Assembly: GCA_044356215.1 (NCBI GenBank)
Contig: JBIKWQ010000063.1
Span: forward strand, 1 to 19,615
From: Bdellovibrionota bacterium
GTDB lineage: Bacteria > Bdellovibrionota_C > UBA2361 > OMII01
Direction: 5' to 3'
Length of the DNA: 19,615 nucleotides
In this document: one piece after another, positions 1 to 10,069 of the stretch
Layout of the letters: each line of letters starts with the position of its first letter
Numbering within the stretch: position 1 is the first letter of the stretch
Program-made: the position numbers and the translations under genes
Notes under the pieces: generated by a model
Databases searched by the model: none
What the model saw: only the letters and a program-made list of their open reading frames with translations
Told to the model about the DNA's origin: nothing

Positions 1-297
1 CTCGCTGGCTCGCATTTTTAGCGGAAGCTCCCTGGTTCAATTCCAGGTGCGGCCAGGAATGGCCCCACCTGGACTTGAACCAGGCATCTACTGTTCGCTT
101 CGCTCACGATTAGAAAATGCTCGCTAGCTCGCATTTTTAGCGGAAGCTCCCTGGTTCAATTCCAGGTGCGGCCAGGAATGGCCCCACCTGGACTTGAACC
201 AGGCATCTACTGTTCGCTTCGCTCACGATTAGAAAATGCTCGCTAGCTCGCATTTTTAGCGGAAGCTCCCTGGTTCAATTCCAGGTGCGGCCAGGAA

Positions 298-322
<25 letters not shown>
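1..322. repeat. Tandem array of 119-bp units (~2.7 copies visible, truncated at window start) made of direct and inverted copies of the tRNA-Ile2 3' end
   Basis: Units start at 1, 120 and 239 and differ only at 7 (g versus a). 60-84 and 179-203 are identical to tRNA 298-322. Inverted copies lie at 20-55, 139-174 and 258-293. Confidence 0.97.
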
Positions 323-371
<49 letters not shown>

Positions 372-566
372 TTAGGATGAAAAAATATGAAGCTCCTTCA
401 TACAACTCTCCTCCGCCCGATGCAACCCTTGACCGTCACTGAGGGTAAAACCACTCATATTTAGCCTCTGGCGCCTAAATCGTCTCTGCTTAAAGAGTTT
501 TTGGGTGTACGGGGCTGGAGCAACGGGATACTATTAACCCGATTATTATTGTTTTTAAGCGAGTTT

Positions 567-1295
567 ATGTCAGAAACGGGGTCCCCACAGGTTCTACAAG
601 CACTTATCCAGTTAAGTAAGGTCGATGGTCGTATCGCGGTTGTTACCGCCGAGTTAAAACAACTTGATGTTGAACGCACAGCTCGAGCACATTCCCTTAT
701 AGCGCTAACCCAAAAGCGCGATGCGCGTTCCAAGGTTTTAGCTGATAAGAAGAGCTTGGTTTCTCGTGAGGAGAAGTCAATCAAAGGTGAGCGAGAAAAG
801 ATAAATGATCGCAGAAGGGCTCTTGGGACCCTGAACAATTACAAGTTGCAGGAGGCCGCGGAGCGAGAGATCGATTATGTCTCAAAGCAGATAGGCCAGC
901 GTGAGGACCTACTTCTCGGCATCATGCGAGAGGTTGAGATTCTAGAGAAAGAGACAATCGATGCTGATGCAGCGATTCAGGGGATGCGAGAGGAGTTAAC
1001 CGTTTTTGAGAAGAGTTCATCAGAGAGCATAGCTGAGCGTAAGGCTGAGCTAGCTACCCTGCAGGCTGATAGAGCAGCGCAGGCCACAGCCATCGGTAAC
1101 GCCCAGACCCTTACTTTATACAACCGCGTCGTCGCTAAGTTCCCGAGTGATCCAATAGCAGATGTAGTAAATCGAGATAGTTGTGCTGGATGCTTTATGA
1201 AGGTTGGACCTCAGGTGCCTGTTCAGATCTCACGTGGAGATGTGGTAAAGTGTCCAGGGTGTGGAAGGCTTCTTAAGTTGCCAGCAGAGAGCTAA
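567..1295 (+). CDS. Coiled-coil protein with C-terminal C4 zinc ribbon (CT398/DUF164-like)
   Basis: Long heptad-rich helical region, then CAGC...CPGCGRLL. ATG 567 preferred over TTG 501. Confidence 0.88.
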   Translation: MSETGSPQVLQALIQLSKVDGRIAVVTAELKQLDVERTARAHSLIALTQKRDARSKVLADKKSLVSREEKSIKGEREKINDRRRALGTLNNYKLQEAAEREIDYVSKQIGQREDLLLGIMREVEILEKETIDADAAIQGMREELTVFEKSSSESIAERKAELATLQADRAAQATAIGNAQTLTLYNRVVAKFPSDPIADVVNRDSCAGCFMKVGPQVPVQISRGDVVKCPGCGRLLKLPAES

Positions 1296-1330
1296 TAGCT
1301 CTGCTAATAGCGATATGAGCTTTTTTCAAG

Positions 1331-1720
1331 CAAGAAGGAGTTGAGTGGATGATCGCTTGGTAGTGGGCTTGCTCACTACCGAGAGGAAAGTCGGGACTTC
1401 ACAGAGTGAGTTGGCCGTTAACGACGGCGTCGGGTGACCGACGGAAAGTGCCACAGAAAAGAAGACGACCTATCTCTGTAAAAGGGGATAGGAGACGGTG
1501 AAACGGTGAGGTAAGAGCTCACCAGCGCGTAGGTGACTACGCGGCTTGGTAAACCCCAGCTGAAGCAAGGCCAAATAGGAAGGCGTTCCGTGGAAACGCG
1601 GACGGTGTGACTCGCGCCGGTCCTTCGGGTAGTGCCGCTCGAGCGCGCCGGCAACGGCGAGCCTAGATGAATGATCGTCTTTTAAAGACAGAATCCCGCT
1701 TATAGCTCGACTCCTTCTTG
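1331..1720 (+). ncRNA. rnpB: RNase P RNA, type A
   Basis: GAGGAAAGTC, GGAAAGTGCCACAGAAA, GGTGAAACG, GGTAAACCCC, GAAGCAAGGCCAAATAGG, CTAGATGAATGAT and ACAGAA..GCTTAT motifs. P1 pairs 1331-1346 with 1705-1720. Confidence 0.97.
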
Positions 1721-1733
1721 GTTGGGGAAAGCA

Positions 1734-2348
1734 TTATCGCTTCTTAACTTTCGGCTCTGGCGTCGGTGTCGGCGTCGGAGGTATCGGAGTAGGCGTAGTT
1801 TGAACGAAGGTTACTCGAACATTACCTTCAGCTTGGCTCCTGTCTTCGTTTAGATAAACCTTAATCCTGTCAGCGATAAGCACGCTCTCGGCTTGTTTTA
1901 ATTGAGGGTTGTCAGTCAGGGTTACAACCGAGGTAACCGCGTCGTACACAGCAAGTTGGCTGGTGGCATTAATGTCCTGCTTGGTGATTACCACGTCTCC
2001 CTTGGCGACGATCTTCTGGATCTGATTCTGCTCGTTGTAATTTCCCTCAACTATCTTCGAGGTAAGGGTCATATCTCCCTGTGTAACTACAACGTTACCC
2101 TTGTAAGTAAAAACGCGAGTCTTAGCGTTTAATGTGAGAGAATCTGATTTTATATTTGTTGGTAACTTACCGAAGTCCTCGTTCTTCGCGTTGTCACCCA
2201 GTAGCGAACTGGTCTTAAAGGCTCCAAGTGATGAGCTCTCTTTTTCGCTCTGAGCGATAGAGGTTCTTGAGACGGTAAAGATAGAAACTCCGAGAGCGAA
2301 TGAGGTAAGTAATCGAGATATCGCTGAGGTAATTCTTATCTGTTTCAT
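1734..2348 (-). CDS. lptA: LPS transport periplasmic protein LptA (OstA domain)
   Basis: Signal peptide; IKSDSLTL..FTYKGNVVVTQGDMTL, AVYD..VTLTDNPQLKQ, GNVRVTF; directly downstream of lptC. Confidence 0.88.
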   Translation of the reverse strand: MKQIRITSAISRLLTSFALGVSIFTVSRTSIAQSEKESSSLGAFKTSSLLGDNAKNEDFGKLPTNIKSDSLTLNAKTRVFTYKGNVVVTQGDMTLTSKIVEGNYNEQNQIQKIVAKGDVVITKQDINATSQLAVYDAVTSVVTLTDNPQLKQAESVLIADRIKVYLNEDRSQAEGNVRVTFVQTTPTPIPPTPTPTPEPKVKKR

Positions 2349-2350
2349 CA

Positions 2351-3007
2351 CTATTTCTTACGAGGCTTTATGACGCTCGTTACTCCGTTTGTTATAAAGA
2401 TCTCTTGAGAATCTAACTTAGCCAATAGCCTATTTCCAGTTAACGCGAACATCGGGCTATCCAAATTCACTGGTACCGGAATGATTACAGTTCCCTCTTT
2501 TTCGTTATAAATCGCCCGTGTCGTCGTGACCGTAGTGTCCTTGTTATAAACAGCGACGACGTTGTCGATTAGTTCAGCGGCGGAGAGTTGTGTGCCGGAG
2601 AGCGTCAGGTCTGCCTTCTCCGCAGTTAAGTGGATCGTGTCGCCGTTATCACGCGTCACATTGAGATCCGGCTTGTCTATCATCGCTTGTGCCTGAGCTG
2701 GGTCGTAGTTGCCATGTTGCCCACGAATCTCCCAGACAGTTTTGCCGTCTTTAACTAGGCTGCGATGAAATTCGTTTAGCGTAAAACCAACACCAGCCAC
2801 CGGGGTTTGATTAGGATCTGGTGTCGTCGCGGTAATCGGTGTCGGTGTCGCGGGACCTTGAATGGCCTCGCGAGTCAGTGCTGTAGATTGGGTCGGGACC
2901 CTAACTGAGTTGCGCCGATAAATCGTTATCGCGCTAATTAGAAAAAACGTGCCTAAAAGCCCGAGGCCTAACCACAAGCTCTGTTTTCGTGTTAGGTGAA
3001 GTGCCAC
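2351..3007 (-). CDS. lptC: LPS export protein LptC
   Basis: Single N-terminal TM helix; DGKTVWEIRG and later beta-jellyroll-like strands; lies between kdsA and lptA. Confidence 0.8.
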   Translation of the reverse strand: MALHLTRKQSLWLGLGLLGTFFLISAITIYRRNSVRVPTQSTALTREAIQGPATPTPITATTPDPNQTPVAGVGFTLNEFHRSLVKDGKTVWEIRGQHGNYDPAQAQAMIDKPDLNVTRDNGDTIHLTAEKADLTLSGTQLSAAELIDNVVAVYNKDTTVTTTRAIYNEKEGTVIIPVPVNLDSPMFALTGNRLLAKLDSQEIFITNGVTSVIKPRKK

Positions 3008-3019
3008 TTGTTCAATTCC

Positions 3020-3838
3020 CTAAAGACCAACCGCGGATCTAATTGAGCAGAGTGTCTTTAAGAGCGGACCAACTTGGGGGAGGGGAAGCATGCACGGACC
3101 ATCTGATGGCGCGTGATCTGGGTCTTGGTGACATTCAACAAAAACACCGTCAACCCCCACAGCCACGGCCGCGCGAGCCAGCGCTTGAACGTATTCGCGG
3201 GAACCACCTGATGAGCCACCTCCGCCGCCAAGCTGTTGCACCGAGTGGGTGGCGTCAAATACAACTGGATAGCCAGTATCGCGCATCATAATCAGACTGC
3301 GCGGGTCCATCACGAGATCTCGGTACCCAAATGAAGTTCCGCGCTCGCACAGAAGGATCTTCTTGTTGCCGGTAGAGGCGATCTTCTCAGCGACAAATTT
3401 CATATCAGAAGGGTGAAGAAACTGCCCCTTTTTTACGTGGACCGTTCTTCCTGTGCGACCAGCCGCTAGTAGTAGATCTGTCTGCCTGCAAAGGAAAGCT
3501 GGGATCTGGAGCACATCGACTACTTTCCCCACTGTCGTTGCCTGTTCCTCTGAGTGAACATCGGTCAAAACAGGAACCCCTAACTTTTCTCTGATCTGCT
3601 GAAGAATCTTAAGGCCTTCGTCCATGCCGACTCCGCGCGCGCTAGATGCGCTAGTGCGGTTGGCCTTATCAAAAGAGGATTTAAAAACGAATGAAATAGG
3701 TAAGTCGCGTGTGGCTTTAATAACCGCCTCGCCTACCATCAAACAGTGATCTAATGACTCGATCTGGCAAGGGCCAGCAATTACCAGCAGCTTTTCTCCG
3801 GCACCTACCTTTACCTGACTAGAGATCTCTACGGTCAC
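3020..3838 (-). CDS. kdsA: KDO-8-phosphate synthase
   Basis: IAGPCQIES, FKSSFDKANRTS, LQIPAFLCRQTDLL, KKGQF, FDATHSVQ, SDGP. Confidence 0.97.
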   Translation of the reverse strand: MTVEISSQVKVGAGEKLLVIAGPCQIESLDHCLMVGEAVIKATRDLPISFVFKSSFDKANRTSASSARGVGMDEGLKILQQIREKLGVPVLTDVHSEEQATTVGKVVDVLQIPAFLCRQTDLLLAAGRTGRTVHVKKGQFLHPSDMKFVAEKIASTGNKKILLCERGTSFGYRDLVMDPRSLIMMRDTGYPVVFDATHSVQQLGGGGGSSGGSREYVQALARAAVAVGVDGVFVECHQDPDHAPSDGPCMLPLPQVGPLLKTLCSIRSAVGL

Positions 3839-3843
3839 TTTAT

Positions 3844-5637
<1,794 letters not shown>

Positions 5638-5789
5638 CTACTCGGAAGCGGTTTAAAATAGAAAAAATCCGAACGTTAGAGTCTAACGACTGCGGGCGGC
5701 TATCGGGTCCAGGGAGCTGAGGGCGCTCATTCTTAATCCCGTGGGAAACCTGGTATCAGAATAAGAAAACATCCTAAATGCGGGGGGTT

Positions 5790-6371
5790 ATGAAGACAAG
5801 ATTTAGGCAGCATGTGTTACTAGTAGCGACTTTAGCGGGGGCGTTTATTATATTATCGGCTCGTGCGGAGGCCAATCCCGGAGCAGATAGCGAGCCTCGG
5901 GTTGAAGGATCTCAGCAAGGTGTCAGGACCGTGGATCACGTATTGCGAGAGGTTCAGAAGCAGGTTAAGGGCTCACGATACTCGATTAAAGTGACTGATC
6001 TTGATGATGTGCTGATATTAGAGGGTGAGGTGGACTCAGAAAAAGCCCGACAAGAGATCGTTGCGATAGCGAGCTCCATCGCGTCCAAAAGAGTAAGTGA
6101 TGAACTACGTATTCGTCCAGCCATAAGCGATGAGCAGATCGCGGAGAGGGTAAAACAAGCGCTTCTGCGTGATTATCCAAGTGTAGCGAAAAAAGTTCAG
6201 ATAGGGGTAACGGACGGAGTCGCGCGGCTCTCTGGGGATCTTAGGAACCACCGCGAGGTAGATGAACTACTTTCGACTACCTTGATGGTGGAGGGGGTCA
6301 AGGATGTAAAGAGCGAAATCACGATAGGGGGAAGAGCTTACTACGGACAGCGGCAGAGAGCAGGGCGGTAG
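5790..6371 (+). CDS. Exported dual-BON-domain (OsmY-like) protein
   Basis: Signal peptide (ARAEA); two BON-like repeats (IKVT..LILEGEVDS; SDEQIAERVKQAL..GVARLSG..VEGVKDVKSEI). Start may be 5778. Confidence 0.85.
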   Translation: MKTRFRQHVLLVATLAGAFIILSARAEANPGADSEPRVEGSQQGVRTVDHVLREVQKQVKGSRYSIKVTDLDDVLILEGEVDSEKARQEIVAIASSIASKRVSDELRIRPAISDEQIAERVKQALLRDYPSVAKKVQIGVTDGVARLSGDLRNHREVDELLSTTLMVEGVKDVKSEITIGGRAYYGQRQRAGR

Positions 6372-6429
6372 TCGTAGATTGTAATTGCTAAACCCCACAT
6401 ACCGGACTAGCATGATGCGCTAGTCCGGT

Positions 6430-7644
6430 ATGAATAATAAATCTCCAACTCCAATAGTAGTTCTTAAACAGGGGCGCGATGTCGCGGTCCGCAGGCGCCA
6501 TCCGTGGATATTCTCAGGTGCGGTCGCCGAGCGGCACGGGACCTTGCAACGAGGTTGCTTCGTTGAAGTGCGCTCAAAAAGTGGTGAGGTGCTAGGTTGC
6601 GGCCACTGGGGGACTAAAGGTATAGCGATCCGGATGTTGTCGTTTGGCTCCGCTAAAGAGGAGTCGGCGTTGATTCAGGAAAGGCTGGTCTCGGCGATTA
6701 ATTTGCGCCGCTCTCTTGGCTTGCTAGGAAATCCTTTGACGAATGGCTACCGAGTCGTCCACGCAGAGGGTGATGGACTTCCTGGATTGGTGGTCGATCT
6801 ATACGGCGATGTGGCGGTAATACAGTGTCACTCCGCGGGCATGTGGCGGCTTAAAGATGTAGTGGGGGATTCCCTGCGTGGAGTTGAGGACCTAGGGGTA
6901 AAAGATGTCGTTTTCCGGCGTGTTGAGGCGCAGATTGAGGGCGACTCTGACCGAGATAATGAGGCCGCGGATGGATCTCCAGAGATCACTGTTCCAGAGC
7001 CATCCAAAGTCGTTACATTCTCAGAGAACGGCCTAAGGTTTATCGCCGATGTTACAGGTGGGCAGAAAACCGGTTTTTTCTTAGACCAGCGAGCTAATCG
7101 TTTGAGGTTAAAGGAGCTCTCTGCGGGTAAAAACGTTCTTAACGCTTTCTGTTATACGGGAGCGTTCTCGGTTTATGCTTTTGCGGGCGGCGCCGAATCT
7201 GTAGTTTCAGTCGATACGTCAAAGGCGGCGATTGATCTCTGTCGCCAGAATGTTGTCGCTAATTTCGCCGGGAAGCAGCATCACGCCGAGGTCGCCGATT
7301 GCTTTAATTATTTGACGCAGATACCGGATACATTTGATCTGATAGTTCTGGATCCGCCAGCGTTCGCCAAACATCAGCGCGCGATTCAGAGAGCACTTCG
7401 TGGATATGAGACTATCAATACGTTGGCGCTCAAAAAGATTAAACCAGGTGGGGTGCTATTTTCTTTTTCATGCTCGCAGCTGATCTCAAGGGAGGTTTTT
7501 CGGGATGCCGTTATGCGAGCGGCGGTAAATGCAGGGCGATTTGTGCGGATCATCGATATATTGCAACAAGCCCCATGCCATCCTTCTAGTGTGTTCCACC
7601 CAGAAGGTGAGTACCTTAAGGGACTAGTGATGGTGGTTGAGTAG
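6430..7644 (+). CDS. rlmI: RlmI-family class I SAM-dependent rRNA m5C methyltransferase
   Basis: RRHPWIFSGA (PUA-like), HAEGDGLPGLVVD, GQKTGFFLDQR, FCYTGAFS, LDPPAF, FSCS, PEGEYLKG. Confidence 0.9.
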   Translation: MNNKSPTPIVVLKQGRDVAVRRRHPWIFSGAVAERHGTLQRGCFVEVRSKSGEVLGCGHWGTKGIAIRMLSFGSAKEESALIQERLVSAINLRRSLGLLGNPLTNGYRVVHAEGDGLPGLVVDLYGDVAVIQCHSAGMWRLKDVVGDSLRGVEDLGVKDVVFRRVEAQIEGDSDRDNEAADGSPEITVPEPSKVVTFSENGLRFIADVTGGQKTGFFLDQRANRLRLKELSAGKNVLNAFCYTGAFSVYAFAGGAESVVSVDTSKAAIDLCRQNVVANFAGKQHHAEVADCFNYLTQIPDTFDLIVLDPPAFAKHQRAIQRALRGYETINTLALKKIKPGGVLFSFSCSQLISREVFRDAVMRAAVNAGRFVRIIDILQQAPCHPSSVFHPEGEYLKGLVMVVE

Positions 7645-7662
7645 GGGAGGCTCGCTATCCAG

Positions 7663-8394
7663 TCACAACTCGAATTCTCTCGGATTCCAACCGAGTCCTC
7701 GGATCAGAGACCCAGTATTGTGAAAGAGTAGTCCATGATGTTCGAAGTCGGAAAAGGGCACATGGGTATGGCCAAAGAATATCTCCTTTGCTCCAATCAG
7801 AAGATCTGGATGGGTGTCGTTTAAATACCTTGAGATCCTGTTCGCTAAGCTTAGTTTTGAGTGTCTAAGATACTCGACAAAGTTAATTCTGAGACGAGTC
7901 ACTATTTCAGCAAAGGCGCGACTCGCAACGCTCGGTTCGCAAGAGTAGTATCTTTCTCTAACAAGTGTAAGGTCTGTCGCGCTTCTGGGTAGGTCTATCG
8001 CATCGCCGTGAAGAAATATAGAAGATCCGAGTCGCAACGTGTCCATCTCGATCCTTAGGTTGCTAATCGCTGAAGCAACTTGGATCAGGGCCGCGGTGAA
8101 CACGCGCTGACTGTCATGGTTTCCAAGTAAAAAGAAAAACTTTTTCGATGGATTAGAGTGGCAGAGATCTTTAAGCCAGGAGATCGCCTGAGTGGTTGTT
8201 TCTAGCGATGAGCTAAATCTCGATCGCTTGAAATCGAAAGTATCTCCATTAAGCACAATAGTCGAGTGTTCAGCTACAGAGCGATAAAAATTGGATTCAT
8301 ATCTTTTCCAAAGCGAGGCGCATCCAAAGATGTGCAGATCGGAAACTACGTATCCTTTGTTATTACCAGAGATCTCGCGGCTCGAAGTCTTCAT
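7663..8394 (-). CDS. Calcineurin-like metallophosphoesterase, LpxH/LpxH2-like
   Basis: Motifs SDLH, NGD, GNHD, HGD, GHTH, NTGS. ATG 8394 preferred as start. Confidence 0.8.
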   Translation of the reverse strand: MKTSSREISGNNKGYVVSDLHIFGCASLWKRYESNFYRSVAEHSTIVLNGDTFDFKRSRFSSSLETTTQAISWLKDLCHSNPSKKFFFLLGNHDSQRVFTAALIQVASAISNLRIEMDTLRLGSSIFLHGDAIDLPRSATDLTLVRERYYSCEPSVASRAFAEIVTRLRINFVEYLRHSKLSLANRISRYLNDTHPDLLIGAKEIFFGHTHVPFSDFEHHGLLFHNTGSLIRGLGWNPREFEL

Positions 8395-8601
8395 GAGCGG
8401 CGAAGATAATTCATCTAATTTCCAAAGGCAAAGTAGAAGAGACAGTAAATTACCCCCTTGCGAAAAAGGCGTTTTTAGCCCCATTATTATTACAAGATCG
8501 CGGTTGCTTCTGATTGGAAGCAATCAAGTTTTAGGTCGCCTATGAGAGGTCACTCATCCCACCTATAGGGATGAGGCCTGTCGTTCAAAAGGAGGTGATC
8601 C

Positions 8602-8658
8602 ATGTCAGCTATAGGAAATAAATCAGCCAGTCATGTGAACGAGGTGCTCGAGGTTTGA
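8602..8658 (+). CDS. Putative 18-aa peptide MSAIGNKSASHVNEVLEV
   Basis: ATG directly follows AAAGGAGGTGATCC (8588-8601); TGA at 8656-8658. No homology support. Confidence 0.45.
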   Translation: MSAIGNKSASHVNEVLEV

Positions 8659-8748
8659 GCAGTATCTATTTGTTCGCGTTTTGGCCGTGGTTATAAAGAG
8701 CCGAGAAGTATTCGGTTTTGGTTCACGGTAGTTTTCGAAAAGCAGTGA

Positions 8749-8781
8749 AGCGCGCGTCGTAGGAGTTAGGCGACGCGCGCT
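8749..8781. terminator. GC-rich hairpin, probable terminator between the small ORF region and convergent ridA
   Basis: AGCGCGCGTCGT/GCGACGCGCGCT 12-bp stem, 15 nt past the ridA stop; no clear U-tract. Confidence 0.55.
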
Positions 8782-8796
8782 ACATGCCCGGAAAAT

Positions 8797-9186
8797 TTAA
8801 GAAACAGCTATCATCTCAATTTCGACGATCGCCCCAAGAGGAAGAGCGCTCACCTGAATAGTTGATCGAGCGGGCTTGTGATCGCCCAGTGCGGTTGAGT
8901 AAAGGCCGTTTACTGTTTGAAAGTTCGCCATATCTGTCAGAAAGATCGTCGATTTAGCGACATTTTTGAAGCCTAGGCCGAGTCCAGCTAGAACGGCTTT
9001 CAAATTGGCCAGCACTTGCTCAGTTTGAGATGTAATATCAGCGCCAATCAGGGTACCGGTCTCTGGGTTAAGGCCAACTTGGCCTGAAAGAAAATACATA
9101 TTACCGACCTTTACGGCGGGTGAGTACGGCCCGACGGCTTTAGGTGCGTTAGCGATCTCTTGAAAACACTCTATCTTAGCGGTCAT
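8797..9186 (-). CDS. ridA: RidA/YjgF family enamine/imine deaminase
   Basis: APKAVGPYS, LSGQVGL, KPARSTIQVSALPLGAIVEIEMIA. Confidence 0.95.
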   Translation of the reverse strand: MTAKIECFQEIANAPKAVGPYSPAVKVGNMYFLSGQVGLNPETGTLIGADITSQTEQVLANLKAVLAGLGLGFKNVAKSTIFLTDMANFQTVNGLYSTALGDHKPARSTIQVSALPLGAIVEIEMIAVS

Positions 9187-9355
9187 AAAAGACTCCGTGT
9201 AAAAGTTTAATCCGAAAACATGTTAGTCATAGGTGGGGTTGGTTAAACAGGGGGGATTTTCCATCCGAATTGTTAGTTTTTTATGAGAAGACTGTTTTCT
9301 AGTTCTAAAAGTCTCAATGTAGTTGTATGACCGTTTAGCGTATAGGGGAGTATTT

Positions 9356-10039
9356 ATGAGCCAGCTAATAGTTGTAATCGAGGACGAAGAAGATATCCGC
9401 GAACTTATTCGCTACAACCTTGATAAGGAGGGATATCGAGTTCTTGCGGCCCATTCTGGCGAGGACGGACTGGAGCTAGTGATGAATTCTATGCCCGACC
9501 TAATTGTTCTTGATTTAATGCTTCCTGGCATTGATGGATTGCAGGTGTGCCGGCAACTAAAAGCAGAGCCAAAAACTAAGACTATACCGATAGTGATGGT
9601 CACAGCGCGTGGGGAAGAGCCGGATGTTGTTTCTGGCCTAGAGTTGGGCGCTGAAGATTATGTATCCAAGCCATTTAGTCCCAAGGTACTTGTTGCCAGG
9701 GTTAAGACAGTTCTTCGCCGTAGTCAGGCTGGCGAGTCTGATCCGCAAGCGATTCTTCGATATGAGCAGCTTTTAATTAACCCGCAGCGCCGCGAGGTGG
9801 CGATCGGTAATGAACGCATTGAGCTAACTAATACCGAATTTAAGTTGCTCTATTTTCTATTGCGACAACCTGGGGTTGTTTTTACCAGGGACCAGATAGT
9901 TGATGGGGTTCATGGGGATGATTACCCAGTAACCGATCGCTCTGTTGATGTGCAGGTAGTCGGGCTAAGAAAAAAGCTCCTTGAGTACGGCCAATGCATT
10001 GAGACCGTAAGAGGGGTGGGGTATCGTTTTAAAAATTAG
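9356..10039 (+). CDS. phoB: OmpR-family response regulator, PhoB-like
   Basis: IEDE, LDLMLPGIDG, VTARGEE, KPFSP, DRSVDVQVVGLRKKL, IETVRGVGYRF; SD AGGGGAG before ATG 9356. Confidence 0.85.
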   Translation: MSQLIVVIEDEEDIRELIRYNLDKEGYRVLAAHSGEDGLELVMNSMPDLIVLDLMLPGIDGLQVCRQLKAEPKTKTIPIVMVTARGEEPDVVSGLELGAEDYVSKPFSPKVLVARVKTVLRRSQAGESDPQAILRYEQLLINPQRREVAIGNERIELTNTEFKLLYFLLRQPGVVFTRDQIVDGVHGDDYPVTDRSVDVQVVGLRKKLLEYGQCIETVRGVGYRFKN

Positions 10040-10069
10040 CGATAGCCTAACAGATTGCCAACAGCGTGT

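Noticed and set aside
20..293. Additional tRNA genes, or a simple prophage att site, in the array
   Set aside because: Units have only the tRNA 3' part, with no D-arm or anticodon loop. An att duplication would be one direct copy, and no integrase is visible (sequence left of the window is unseen).
1418..1654. 78-aa minus-strand ORF
   Set aside because: Antisense to the RNase P RNA.
8588..8602. 16S rRNA gene fragment on the minus strand
   Set aside because: The match stops after 15 nt; flanks are not rRNA-like.
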